NCBI GenBank assembly: GCA_945861645.1
Contig: CAMAVZ010000028.1
Coordinates: 1 to 25,046 of the forward strand
Reading direction: 5' to 3'
DNA from: Opitutus sp. GAS368
Lineage (GTDB): Bacteria > Verrucomicrobiota > Verrucomicrobiia > Opitutales > Opitutaceae
Length of the DNA stretch: 25,046 nucleotides
Translations under genes and position numbers: made by a program
Shown: positions 1 to 9,536 of the stretch, one piece after another
Layout: each line of letters begins with the position of its first letter
Position numbering within the stretch: position 1 is the first letter of the stretch
The notes under the pieces: model-generated
Databases searched by the model: none
What the model saw: the letters and a program-made list of their open reading frames with translations, nothing else
What the model was told of the DNA's origin: nothing

Positions 1-71
1 GCCAGGATCATTTCTGAATCGACGCTGAGAGGAGAATTAACAAATTGAGTTGGTCGCTCTCATTTTACCCT

Positions 72-929
72 ATGAAAATAAATCATCTGCTGGTTGTTAT
101 GTCGCTGGCCCTCATTTCCCCCCATCAGCTGCCGGCTGATTTCCATGACCATATTGGTCTGCAGCTCTGGAGTTTGCGGGCTACCGCGCTGACGAAGGGA
201 TTGCCGGCCTCGCTGGATTTAGCGAAAAAGTGGGGCGTAGTTGAACTGGAGGGCGCCCTCGTAACGCCCAACATGACGCCTGAACAGGTCCGCGCCGCGC
301 TTGATGCGCGCGGCTTGAAGATGCCCAGCGCGCACGTGCAGTATGCCGATTTGAGCAAAGATTTAACTCCCCTAATCCGCGCCGCCCAAGTCTTGGGCGT
401 GAATTACGTGATTTGTCCATGGATTCCCCACTTGGGAGCTTTTACTCCGAGGCAAATTGAAGCCGCCGCCAAAATATTTAATCACGCCGGCGCCGAGTTC
501 CGCGCGGCTGGGCTTAAATTTGGTTACCATCCCCACGGTTATGAGCTGATCCCGACCGCGACTGCGGGCGAAACTTTGCTGGATGATTTGATCCGCGCGA
601 CTAATCCGGCGGACGTGTGCTACCAGATGGATGTGTTCTGGATCTATCACGGCGGGGGCGATCCCGTGAAACTTTTAAATAAATATGCTGACCGCTGGGT
701 ATCCTTGCACGTGAAAGATATTCGTCTCGCCGCACCGTACGGTCAGCCCACCGGTCGCGCACCTGACACGGATAACGTGGCGGTTGGGTCGGGGCAAATT
801 AACTGGCCGGCGGTAATCGGGACGGCCGAGAAGATCGGCGTGCGTTATTATTTTATCGAAGATGAGACGCCGGCTCCGTTGGAAAATATTCCCGCGAGCT
901 TGGTCTATCTGCACCAGCTGAAGCTTTGA
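72..929 (+). CDS. Sugar phosphate isomerase/epimerase family protein (xylose isomerase-like TIM barrel), probably exported
   Basis: Motifs IGLQLWSLR, FGYHPHGYE, QMDVFW, SLHVKD, VGSGQINW and FIEDE are typical of AP_endonuc_2. ATG at 72 is preferred over TTG at 45 because it gives a signal-peptide-like N-terminus (MKINHLLVVMSLALIS). Confidence 0.85.
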   Translation: MKINHLLVVMSLALISPHQLPADFHDHIGLQLWSLRATALTKGLPASLDLAKKWGVVELEGALVTPNMTPEQVRAALDARGLKMPSAHVQYADLSKDLTPLIRAAQVLGVNYVICPWIPHLGAFTPRQIEAAAKIFNHAGAEFRAAGLKFGYHPHGYELIPTATAGETLLDDLIRATNPADVCYQMDVFWIYHGGGDPVKLLNKYADRWVSLHVKDIRLAAPYGQPTGRAPDTDNVAVGSGQINWPAVIGTAEKIGVRYYFIEDETPAPLENIPASLVYLHQLKL

Positions 930-999
930 ATAACGCGGTCAGCGATCATTATTTGCCTTCCATTATTTTTAAAACCTCAACGTTTAACCTCTCTTAACT

Positions 1000-2040
1000 A
1001 TGGCGCGTCCAATTACTCTTTTCACCGGCCAATGGGCCGATCTGCCCATCGAGCAACTGGCCCCGTTGGCTAAAAAGCTCGGCTATGATGGGGTCGAGCT
1101 TGCTTGCTGGGGCGACCATTTCGAAGTCGATCAAGCTGGTTCGCCGGATTATCTCCGGAAAAAATGGGAACTCCTTTCGGATCATGGTCTGACTTGCTAC
1201 GCTATTTCTAGTCATTTGATTGGTCAGGCGGTGTGCGATTTAATTGATGAGCGCCATCAGGCGATTCTGCCGCCGGATGTCTGGGGTAATGGTGAGCCCG
1301 AAGGCGTTCGACAGCGGGCGGCGAAGAAGCTAGCCCAGACCGCCAAGGCCGCGCGGGCCTTCATGAATGCCCAGCCAGGGCGCTCGGCGGCCCATCAAGC
1401 ACCGGCCATCGTTAATGGGTTCACGGGATCGTCCATCTGGCATTCGATTTATGGTTTTCCGCCCACGTCGCAGGCCTATTGGGAAAAAGGCTTTCAGGAT
1501 TTTGCGCAGCGCTTTGGCCCGATCCTCGAGGAATTTGAAAAACAAAATACCAATTTTGCCTTGGAGGTTCACCCCACGGAAATTGCGTTCGATCTCGCGA
1601 GTGCGGAACGGGCGCTGGCGGCGGTGAAGGGGCATAAACGTTTTGGCTTTAATTATGATCCGTCGCATTTGGGCTACCAAGGCGTTGATTATGTTAAATT
1701 CATTCGAACCTTGGGTTCGCGGATTTTCCACGCGCACATGAAAGATGTGTGGTGGGGCCACGGGGATGGCTCGGTCGGCACTTTCGGCGGCCACACTAAT
1801 TTTGGCGATGCGCGGCGCGCCTGGGACTTTCGCTCAGTCGGTCGCGGGGATATCAATTTTGAAGAAATTATCGTCGCCCTCAATGATATCGGCTACACGG
1901 GGCCGTTGTCGGTTGAATGGGAGGATATTCGCATGGATCGTCAGCATGGCGCGGCCGAATCCTGCGCTTTTCTCCGCAAACTCGATTTTGCCCGCAGCCA
2001 GATCGCGTTTGATGCGGCCTTTGACCAAAAGAATCAATAA
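1000..2040 (+). CDS. Sugar phosphate isomerase/epimerase family protein (IolE/XylA-like TIM barrel), cytoplasmic
   Basis: Metal-binding pattern GYDGVEL, FALEVHP, YDPSH, HAHMKD, GRGDINF, LSVEWED. Confidence 0.88.
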   Translation: MARPITLFTGQWADLPIEQLAPLAKKLGYDGVELACWGDHFEVDQAGSPDYLRKKWELLSDHGLTCYAISSHLIGQAVCDLIDERHQAILPPDVWGNGEPEGVRQRAAKKLAQTAKAARAFMNAQPGRSAAHQAPAIVNGFTGSSIWHSIYGFPPTSQAYWEKGFQDFAQRFGPILEEFEKQNTNFALEVHPTEIAFDLASAERALAAVKGHKRFGFNYDPSHLGYQGVDYVKFIRTLGSRIFHAHMKDVWWGHGDGSVGTFGGHTNFGDARRAWDFRSVGRGDINFEEIIVALNDIGYTGPLSVEWEDIRMDRQHGAAESCAFLRKLDFARSQIAFDAAFDQKNQ

Positions 2041-2127
2041 CCCGCCGCGGCATCGCTCCGCGAAGGCGCGGGCCAGCGCTGGGCGCGGTCAGAGTAATCG
2101 TCTCGTCACTCCTTAATCTATTAGCTT

Positions 2128-3285
2128 ATGAATCGTAAACTTCGTTTCGGCATGATCGGCGGCGGGCGCGGCGCTTTTATTGGCGCGGTGCATCGCATCG
2201 CGGCTATTCTGGATGGCCAAGCCGTTTTAGTTGCGGGGGCTTTTTCGAGCGACGCGGCGCGCTCGCGGGCCTCCGGCGAGGATCTTTTTCTCGATCCGAC
2301 CCGAGTCTACGGCAGTTACCAGGAAATGGCAAAAGCGGAAGCCACTAAGCCGGCCGCTGAGCGTTTAGATTTCGTCGTGATTGTGACGCCGAATCACCAG
2401 CATTTCCCGCCGGCTAAATTATTTCTAGAAAGCGGCTTCAATGTTGTCTGCGACAAGCCAGTCACTTTCAACTTAGCGGAGGCGGTCAGATTGCGGGCGA
2501 TTGTCCGTCGCACGCGCAAAGTTTTTGTGCTGACGCATAACTACACGGGCAACGCCATGGTCAAGCAGGCCCGTGAGATGGTGCGCACGGGTAAACTTGG
2601 GGCCATTCGCAAAGTGGTGGTGGAGTATCCGCAAGGTTGGCTGGCCACGCGCTTAGAAGGCAGTGGGCAAAAGCAGGCCGCTTGGCGCACCGATCCCAAA
2701 CGTAGCGGAGCCGCTGGCGCCATGGGTGATATCGGCACGCATGCCGAGAATCTCGCGCACTATATTACCGGTTTAGAAATCTCCGAACTCTGCGCCGATT
2801 TGACGGCTTTCGTCCCTGGCCGGCGACTTGATGATGACGGCAATATCTTGGTTCGTTTTAAAGGCGGCGCGAAAGGTATATTGCACGCCTCGCAAATCAG
2901 TGTCGGGGAAGAAAATAATTTAAATATCCGTATCTACGGGGAAAAAGCCGGGCTCGAATGGCAGCAAGAACACCCGAATGAGTTGCTGGTTAAATTTCCA
3001 GATCAGCCCAAGCAAACGTGGCGCCGCGGGAATGGTTACCTGGGTGACACCGCGAAGAAATTCACGCGAATTCCCGCCGGTCATCCGGAAGGCTACCTGG
3101 AGGCCTTTGCTAATATTTACCAAGAAGCCTTCCGCGCAATTCGGGCGGAGGTGGCGGGCAAAAAAATGCCCAATGATTTAGATTTCCCGACGATCGATGA
3201 TGGAGTTGAGGGCATGGCGTTCATCGACACCGTCGTGAAGAGCTCTGCCCGGGGCGCTAAGTGGCTTAAGTTTCCGCGAACTTAA
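2128..3285 (+). CDS. Gfo/Idh/MocA family NAD(P)-dependent oxidoreductase
   Basis: N-terminal Rossmann [25 protein letters not shown] (EKP variant), catalytic GDIGTH. Confidence 0.92.
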   Translation: MNRKLRFGMIGGGRGAFIGAVHRIAAILDGQAVLVAGAFSSDAARSRASGEDLFLDPTRVYGSYQEMAKAEATKPAAERLDFVVIVTPNHQHFPPAKLFLESGFNVVCDKPVTFNLAEAVRLRAIVRRTRKVFVLTHNYTGNAMVKQAREMVRTGKLGAIRKVVVEYPQGWLATRLEGSGQKQAAWRTDPKRSGAAGAMGDIGTHAENLAHYITGLEISELCADLTAFVPGRRLDDDGNILVRFKGGAKGILHASQISVGEENNLNIRIYGEKAGLEWQQEHPNELLVKFPDQPKQTWRRGNGYLGDTAKKFTRIPAGHPEGYLEAFANIYQEAFRAIRAEVAGKKMPNDLDFPTIDDGVEGMAFIDTVVKSSARGAKWLKFPRT

Positions 3286-3342
3286 ACGGCGGCTTCTCGG
3301 GAAATAGATTTACGCGTCCCCGCTTTCCGCTTCGCTCACCCT

Positions 3343-4227
3343 ATGGCAAAATGGCTTTTGGTGGATGGTTTCAATCTGGCGTTTCGGGCTTTCTATGGCA
3401 TGCCTGAGCTGACTCGCGCAGATGGTTTTCCGACCGGCGCTTTGCATGGTTGGGTGAAGACGATGTGGCGACTCCAGGATCAGGGAAAGCCCGCTGCAAT
3501 GATGGTTTTTTTCGACTTGGGCGGCTCGCAAGATCGTTTGGCGCTGCATCCGGAGTACAAGGCGCAGCGCAAAGAAATGCCGGAGCCGTTGGCGCAACAA
3601 ATTCCCGTCATTAAGGCACTAACGCGCGCGATGGGTTTAGTCGGCGTAGAACTCGACGGCGTCGAATCTGATGACCTGGTCGCGGCGCAAGCCCGGACGC
3701 TCGCCCGCGCGGGCCATGAGGTGTTGATTGTTAGCGCCGATAAGGATTTTGCGCAGTGCGTCGATGAACACATCAAACTCTTGGTGCCGCCGCCCACGGC
3801 TAATCCGAAGCTTGGCTGGCGCGTGCTCGATCGCGCAGGCGTAGTCGAGAAGTTTGGCGTACCGCCGGAATCGATCGCCGAATATTTGGCCCTCATCGGT
3901 GATACCTCGGATAATATTCCAGGCATTAGTGGGGTGGGGCCCAAAACAGCGCTGAAGTGGTTTACCGAATTTAAAAGTCTGGAAGGAATTATTGCGGGGG
4001 CCGCGCAGTTGAAGCCCGAGCGCTTCGGTCCCGTGGTGGCGCAAGCAGCGGAGAAATTGCGCCGCAACCTTAAGTTGACCACCTTGCGGACCGAGTTGCC
4101 TTTGCCTCCGCTCACGGCGGGGGAGCCCGCGGCCGCGCAGCTTTTCGCTCTCTTGGAGTCGCTCGAAATGCGCGCAAGTCTAGCTGAAGCGAAACTGCGC
4201 TACACCGGCCAGCAGGAACTTTTTTGA
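3343..4227 (+). CDS. Stand-alone 5'-3' exonuclease / flap endonuclease (PolA N-terminal domain homolog)
   Basis: LLVDG, FFD, YKAQR, VESDD, SADKD and GDTSDNIPGISGVGPKTA (H3TH). Ends at 294 aa with no polymerase domain. Confidence 0.92.
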   Translation: MAKWLLVDGFNLAFRAFYGMPELTRADGFPTGALHGWVKTMWRLQDQGKPAAMMVFFDLGGSQDRLALHPEYKAQRKEMPEPLAQQIPVIKALTRAMGLVGVELDGVESDDLVAAQARTLARAGHEVLIVSADKDFAQCVDEHIKLLVPPPTANPKLGWRVLDRAGVVEKFGVPPESIAEYLALIGDTSDNIPGISGVGPKTALKWFTEFKSLEGIIAGAAQLKPERFGPVVAQAAEKLRRNLKLTTLRTELPLPPLTAGEPAAAQLFALLESLEMRASLAEAKLRYTGQQELF

Positions 4228-4266
4228 GCCAATGAGCGTCTGATTAATCGCCGGCCGGCCGCGGCT

Positions 4267-4998
4267 TCAGCTGAAGGGAGGGGGAGCAAAGAGATACCCA
4301 ATGCCATGTACGGTCTTCCAACAATCGAGAGTCACGCCTTGGCGAGCGTACATAGTGCGGATTTTTACGATGTACTGATCCAGCGACCGACTCTGCAAAT
4401 CAGCGTGCATTCCCCAGACCGCTTGTAATAATTCCTTGCGGGTGATGACGACGCCGCGGTGCGCGCTGAGATAGGCGAGAATGCCAATTTCCTTGCGGCC
4501 AATTTTGTGGCGAGTGCCATTGCTAAAAAGGATTTCTCTCAGCCCGGGATCAATTTGCGCGCCCCGCAAGTCAAAGGGCGCGGGCACCGGCTTCGGGGTA
4601 ATCGGCGTAGCCGCTTTCACCTTGGCTTGGCGCAGCATGGCGTGAACGCGGGTGAGGAGATCGGGGTAATTTAAGGGTTTGCTCAGGCCATCTGCCGCGC
4701 CCCGTTTAATTTTTTTGAGACGCTCCTCCGCGAGGCTGTTCCCCGTAATAAAAAGTATGGGCATATTTATACCCTGCTGATCGAGCGCTTGGTATAGATC
4801 GCGGCCGCTGGGGTCAGGCGGCGTAAGATCGATGAGCAGGAGACTGGCGACGTTATCTTGCAGGAAGCGCTCGGCGGAGATTCCCTGCGCGAAGCTTTGG
4901 ATCCTGAAACCCGCGCTGATGAGTTGCTCGGTAATAATCTTGAGCAGTTCGGGTTCGACGGCGACCACGACAATGAGAGGGCGAGATTCAGCACACAT
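4267..4998 (-). CDS. OmpR/PhoB-family response regulator (receiver plus winged helix), orphan and divergent
   Basis: Receiver elements LLLIDL, ILFITG, ADGLSKP; wHTH elements ITRKELLQAVWG, SRSLDQYIVKIR, TVHGIGY. Start ATG 4998 is inferred; the ORF is open to TTG 5046. Confidence 0.85.
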   Translation of the reverse strand: MCAESRPLIVVVAVEPELLKIITEQLISAGFRIQSFAQGISAERFLQDNVASLLLIDLTPPDPSGRDLYQALDQQGINMPILFITGNSLAEERLKKIKRGAADGLSKPLNYPDLLTRVHAMLRQAKVKAATPITPKPVPAPFDLRGAQIDPGLREILFSNGTRHKIGRKEIGILAYLSAHRGVVITRKELLQAVWGMHADLQSRSLDQYIVKIRTMYARQGVTLDCWKTVHGIGYLFAPPPFS

Positions 4999-5122
4999 GG
5001 CAGAAACAGATATATTTCCTTCTATGATAATTGTCGGGTAAGTCAAAGGCTAGTTCCACGCTAAGCCCGCTTGGAGCCGAGAGATTTCTTGTCATTCCGC
5101 GGCCGGGGCTTTCGCTGGTGGC

Positions 5123-5998
5123 ATGAAAGTCACCCTCGGACTTCTGCAGCACGCGTGTACCGGTCATCCGGCGACTAATCTTAAAAAAACCCTCGCGCTC
5201 ACCGCCCAGGCGGCGCGGGCCGGCGCCCAGATCATTTGCACGCAAGAACTTTTTCGGTCGCAGTACTTTTGCCAGAGTGAAGAGTACGCTAATTTCAAAT
5301 TGGCTGAATCGATTCCGGGTCCGAGTACAGTGGCTTTTCAGCGTTTAGCTAAAAAGCATAAAGTTGTGATCGTGGCGTCGCTTTTTGAGAAACGCTCGGC
5401 TGGTCTTTATCACAATACGGCGGTGATCATCGATGCGGATGGGCGCTTACTTGGCCGTTACCGCAAGATGCATATTCCCGATGACCCGCTGTTTTATGAG
5501 AAATTTTACTTCACCCCCGGCGATACTGGTTTTCGGGCGTGGCAAACTAAGTACGGCAAGATCGGGGTGCTGATTTGCTGGGATCAATGGTATCCGGAGG
5601 CCGCTCGGCTAACGGCGTTGCAAGGGGCAGAAATTATTTTTTATCCAACCGCGATTGGTTGGCATCCGTCAGAGAAGAAGGCGCATGGCTCCGACCAGCA
5701 TTCCGCCTGGGAAATTAGCCACCGTGGTCATGCGGTAGCGAATGGGTGTTACGTTGCGGCGGTTAATCGCATCGGTCGGGAAAAGCCGCTCGGCGGCGAT
5801 GGACTCGAGTTTTGGGGCCAGAGTTTTGTCGCTGGCCCGAGCGGGCAGATTTTGGCGAAGGCTAAATTCGATCGCGAAGAAGTTATGCTGGTCCCGATTG
5901 ATTTGGCAAAGGTCGATGCCACGCGGACGCATTGGCCTTTTTTACGTGATCGGCGCATCGATGCTTACGGCGACATTACCAAGCGGTTTATCGATTAA
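5123..5998 (+). CDS. aguB: N-carbamoylputrescine amidase (carbon-nitrogen hydrolase)
   Basis: Nitrilase triad QELF, YRKMHIPDDP, ICWDQWYPE; FYEKFYFTPGD; coupled to agmatine deiminase. Confidence 0.88.
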   Translation: MKVTLGLLQHACTGHPATNLKKTLALTAQAARAGAQIICTQELFRSQYFCQSEEYANFKLAESIPGPSTVAFQRLAKKHKVVIVASLFEKRSAGLYHNTAVIIDADGRLLGRYRKMHIPDDPLFYEKFYFTPGDTGFRAWQTKYGKIGVLICWDQWYPEAARLTALQGAEIIFYPTAIGWHPSEKKAHGSDQHSAWEISHRGHAVANGCYVAAVNRIGREKPLGGDGLEFWGQSFVAGPSGQILAKAKFDREEVMLVPIDLAKVDATRTHWPFLRDRRIDAYGDITKRFID

Positions 5999-7068
5999 TG
6001 AGGGCTGCGCAGAACACGCCGAGCGCGCTTGGTTTCCGAATGCCTGCGGAGTGGGAACCGCAAGCGGCGGTGTGGCTTTCTTGGCCGCACAATCGGGCGA
6101 CTTGGCCCGGTAATTTTAGACCGATCCCCGGCGCTTTCGCTGCTTTCGTTGCCGTCGTTAGTCGCTACGAGCAGGTGCGCATCAATTGTGCCGCCAGCCA
6201 GCAACCGCGCGCGCGTCAGTGCTGCGTCCAGGCCGGGGCCGATCTCACGCGGGTTACTTTCTATGATCATCCGACGAATGATGCATGGTGTCGCGATCAT
6301 GGACCGATTTTTGTGCAACACCGCACCACGGGCGAAGTGGCGGTCACGGATTGGGCATACAATGCATGGGGTGGGAAGTATCCGCCTTATGATCTCGATA
6401 ATAAAATCCCCGCGCGCATAGCGCAGAAATTAAAATTCCGGCGTTTTCGCAATCCGCTGGTGCTGGAGGGTGGCTCCATCGACGTCAACGGGCAGGGACT
6501 GTTGCTCACAACGGAACAATGTCTGCTCAACCCGAATCGTAATCCCCACTGCACTCGCACCCAGCTCGAAAAAAATTTAAAAGACTATCTGGGGATTAAG
6601 CAGGTCTTGTGGCTCGGGTCGGGGATTGTGGGAGATGATACCGATGGACACATTGATGATATCACGCGCTTTTATCAGGCCGATGGATTTGTGACGGCCA
6701 TTGAGCGGAATTCTCGCTCCCCTAATTATAAAGCGCTGCAGGATAATCTCAGCCGATTGAAAAGTTTTCGCACACCGGCGGGGAAGAGATTTAAAATTGT
6801 CACGCTCCCCATGCCCAAGCCGATTGGCTTTCGCGGCCAACTCGTGCCGGCCAGTTACGCGAACTTTCTCATCATCAACGGGGCGGTCTTGGTGCCGCAA
6901 TTTCGCCAACCTCGGCGCGATGCGGCGGCGTGTGCTATTTTAGGGGACTGTTTCAAGGATCGGGCAATTGTTCCGCTTGATTGTTATGATTTGATTTGGG
7001 GTCTCGGGACCTTGCATTGTCTTTCGCAACAACAGCCCGCCGACCTGGGGGCGTTGGGTAAGCACTGA
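5998..7068 (+). CDS. aguA: Agmatine deiminase
   Basis: RMPAEWEP, DAWCRDHGP, LEGGSI, DDTDGHID, ASYANF, GLGTLHCLSQQQP (catalytic Cys). TAATG overlap with aguB. Confidence 0.9.
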   Translation: MRAAQNTPSALGFRMPAEWEPQAAVWLSWPHNRATWPGNFRPIPGAFAAFVAVVSRYEQVRINCAASQQPRARQCCVQAGADLTRVTFYDHPTNDAWCRDHGPIFVQHRTTGEVAVTDWAYNAWGGKYPPYDLDNKIPARIAQKLKFRRFRNPLVLEGGSIDVNGQGLLLTTEQCLLNPNRNPHCTRTQLEKNLKDYLGIKQVLWLGSGIVGDDTDGHIDDITRFYQADGFVTAIERNSRSPNYKALQDNLSRLKSFRTPAGKRFKIVTLPMPKPIGFRGQLVPASYANFLIINGAVLVPQFRQPRRDAAACAILGDCFKDRAIVPLDCYDLIWGLGTLHCLSQQQPADLGALGKH

Positions 7069-7073
7069 TCGCT

Positions 7074-7532
7074 ATGCTTAAAAAAAATATTTTATTGCTG
7101 CTGATTGGGGTCAGTGGGCTCCTCGGTGGTTGCAGTAGTATTGCGACACGGATGCAGGATCGGTACGTCGCCGTTGCGCCGCAGGAGCGCATTTTTTCGG
7201 CCACCCCAAAAATAGTTTACGAGGCGGCGCAGTTGGCGGTGAAACGCGTTGGGTTGCTGCTTGGAAGGAAATCTTTCGCGACCGGCCGGATTGAAGCGTA
7301 CGCGCCGATTCGTTCGGGGGACCCAACGAGCGATGCTCGGCAGACCACGCTCAGCGTTCGTCTGGATGCCGCTGACCCAGCATCCACCCGAGTGGGCGTG
7401 TTGGTTTGGGAACACCTCCAAGGAGCTTTTCCTGGTGGGGTCAGCGAACAGGCCCTGCCTCAGCATAGCTTATATCTGATCTATTTTGCTGCCCTGGAAC
7501 AGGTTTTACGCGAGAATGGTAGCTTGAAATAG
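7074..7532 (+). CDS. Hypothetical lipoprotein
   Basis: MLKK, then a hydrophobic stretch, then the lipobox LLGGC; starts 5 bp after the aguA stop. Confidence 0.7.
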   Translation: MLKKNILLLLIGVSGLLGGCSSIATRMQDRYVAVAPQERIFSATPKIVYEAAQLAVKRVGLLLGRKSFATGRIEAYAPIRSGDPTSDARQTTLSVRLDAADPASTRVGVLVWEHLQGAFPGGVSEQALPQHSLYLIYFAALEQVLRENGSLK

Positions 7533-7556
7533 GTTAAAAATCTCCAGCGTTTTCGC

Positions 7557-7742
7557 TTGCCGGTGAGGAAAAGATAGGGGACTTTTTCCCGCTTACGCGG
7601 TGTTCTTAGGTCAAGCCGGTGTCGCCGCAACACTCCCCCGGCTTGTTAGTTAGTCCAACCCTCAACCAATAAGGATCCGTCAGGATCCACGCCGGAAGGC
7701 AAGTGCTTTGGAGTAAGTGCCGCCATTCCGACCACAGTCATC
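7557..7742 (+). promoter_or_regulatory. rpsA promoter (TTGCCG-N17-GACTTT) and structured 5' leader
   Basis: 210-bp intergenic region with three inverted repeats (7612-7645, 7673-7688, 7693-7730) and no SD sequence. Confidence 0.5.
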
Positions 7743-9416
7743 ATGAGTTCGTTAATGCAAGACCTGCTCGCCCAGAGCTCCTTCGATAAGTTGAAGGAAG
7801 GCTCGATTGTCTCGGGCGTTATCACTGAAATCCGCGCCAACGAAGTAGTCGTCGATATCGGCGGCAAAGCTGAAGGCGTTATCTCTGCCAATGAATTTGC
7901 CGATTTGGGCGAATTACAAATTGGCTCTAGCATCGAGGTTATCCTCGAGAAACTCGAGGATCGGGAAGGTAATCCGATTCTCTCCTACGAACAGGCCCAA
8001 CAGAAAAAGAATTGGGAAAATATTCTGCAAAAGTGCCAAGAGGGCGCGATCGTCCCCGGCCGCGTTAAAGCTAAGGTCAAAGGTGGTCTCATCGTCTCCA
8101 TCGGCGTTGATTCATTCCTGCCCGCTTCGCACATCGATATTCAGCCCCCGAAGAACCTCGATCAATACGTCGGCCAGACCTATGATTTCAAGGTCCTCAA
8201 AATCAATCACGACCGCCAGAATATCGTGTTGTCCCGCCGCGAGCTCATCGAAGAGCAGCGCATCAACAAGCGCCGCGATCTCCTCGAGAAATTGCAACCC
8301 GGCCAAGTCCGTAAAGGTATCGTTAAGAACATCACTGATTTTGGTGCGTTCATCGATCTCGACGGTATGGATGGCTTGCTGCACATCACGGATATGAGCT
8401 GGGGCCGCATTGGCCATCCGTCTGAGATGTTGAAGCAGGGCGAAGAAATTGAGGTCATGATCATCGACATCAACCGCGAGAAAGAGCGCGTGTCCCTCGG
8501 CCTGAAGCAGACCAAAAATAATCCTTGGGATAATATCGATCACAAGTTCCCCGTGGGCTCAAAGATTCACGGTAAAGTGGTCAATCTCGTGCCCTACGGC
8601 GCCTTTATTGAACTCGAGCCGGGCGTGGAAGGCCTCGTCCACATTACCGAAATGTCTTGGACCAAGCGGATCAGCAAACCTTCCGAACTGCTCAAGGTCG
8701 GTCAGGAGCTCGATGCGGTGGTGCTCGGTATTCAGAAGGAAGAGCAGAAAATCTCACTCGGCCTCCGTCAGCTCGAGACCAACCCGTGGGATATGGTGCG
8801 CCACAACTATCCGGTGGGCGCCCGCGTCCACGGCAAGGTGCGCAATATGACCACCTACGGCGCCTTCGTCGAACTCGAGGAAGGTATCGACGGTATGGTG
8901 CATGTCTCCGACATGTCCTGGACCCGTAAGATCAACCATCCTTCCGAAATGCTCAAGAAGGGCGACGAAGTGGATGCCATCGTGCTCGACCTCGATCCTA
9001 GCCAGCAGCGCATCAGCCTCGGCATGAAGCAGCTCGCGACCGATCCTTGGACGGATATCGATAGCTTCTTCCGCATCGGTGATGTGGTTCCTGGGGTAAT
9101 CTCCAAGATCACGACCTTCGGCGCCTTCATCGAATTGAAGGACGGCATTGATGGCCTCGTGCACATTAGCCAAATTCAGGAAGAGCGCATCGATAAGATC
9201 AAAGATGTGCTCAAGCCGGGTCAGGAAGTGCAGGCTCGGGTCATTAAAATCGATCGTGAACAGCGCCGGATTGGGCTCAGCATCAAGGCCGCGAATTACT
9301 CGGCCGAACAGCTCGCTCAGGAGACGGCGACCTACGACCAGTTCGCCAAGACCACCGGTGCCTCCGATATGACCAACCTCGGCGATATCTTCGACGAGGC
9401 TTCGAAGAAGGAATAA
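7743..9416 (+). CDS. rpsA: 30S ribosomal protein S1
   Basis: 557 aa with six S1 repeats (FGAFIDL-G-DGLLHITDMSW type) and strong C-ending codon bias. Confidence 0.98.
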   Translation: MSSLMQDLLAQSSFDKLKEGSIVSGVITEIRANEVVVDIGGKAEGVISANEFADLGELQIGSSIEVILEKLEDREGNPILSYEQAQQKKNWENILQKCQEGAIVPGRVKAKVKGGLIVSIGVDSFLPASHIDIQPPKNLDQYVGQTYDFKVLKINHDRQNIVLSRRELIEEQRINKRRDLLEKLQPGQVRKGIVKNITDFGAFIDLDGMDGLLHITDMSWGRIGHPSEMLKQGEEIEVMIIDINREKERVSLGLKQTKNNPWDNIDHKFPVGSKIHGKVVNLVPYGAFIELEPGVEGLVHITEMSWTKRISKPSELLKVGQELDAVVLGIQKEEQKISLGLRQLETNPWDMVRHNYPVGARVHGKVRNMTTYGAFVELEEGIDGMVHVSDMSWTRKINHPSEMLKKGDEVDAIVLDLDPSQQRISLGMKQLATDPWTDIDSFFRIGDVVPGVISKITTFGAFIELKDGIDGLVHISQIQEERIDKIKDVLKPGQEVQARVIKIDREQRRIGLSIKAANYSAEQLAQETATYDQFAKTTGASDMTNLGDIFDEASKKE

Positions 9417-9459
9417 ACACATCCTGCGGTCGCTTCGGCGGACCACGGACTAAAACTTC

Positions 9460-9492
9460 AAGGCGCTCGACGAAAGTCGGGCGCCTTTTTTT
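9460..9492 (+). terminator. Rho-independent terminator of rpsA
   Basis: AAGGCGCTCGAC-GAAA-GTCGGGCGCCTT running into a T7 tract. Confidence 0.92.
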
Positions 9493-9536
9493 GTTTTTAT
9501 GCTTCTGCATGAGAGCAAAGCCGTAATGCTGGCGCG

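Noticed and set aside
1..44. Possible start of a divergent gene at the window edge (ATG at 11, minus strand)
   Set aside because: Only three codons are visible, so it cannot be supported.
7678..7706. SRP RNA-like words (TCAGG...CCGGAAGG)
   Set aside because: The spacing is wrong and AGCAG is missing. It is better explained as part of the rpsA leader.
8112..9446. Long antisense ORFs over rpsA (similar ones lie over eno, tdh and the exonuclease)
   Set aside because: These are shadow ORFs produced by codon bias in GC-rich, highly expressed genes, with no recognisable domains.
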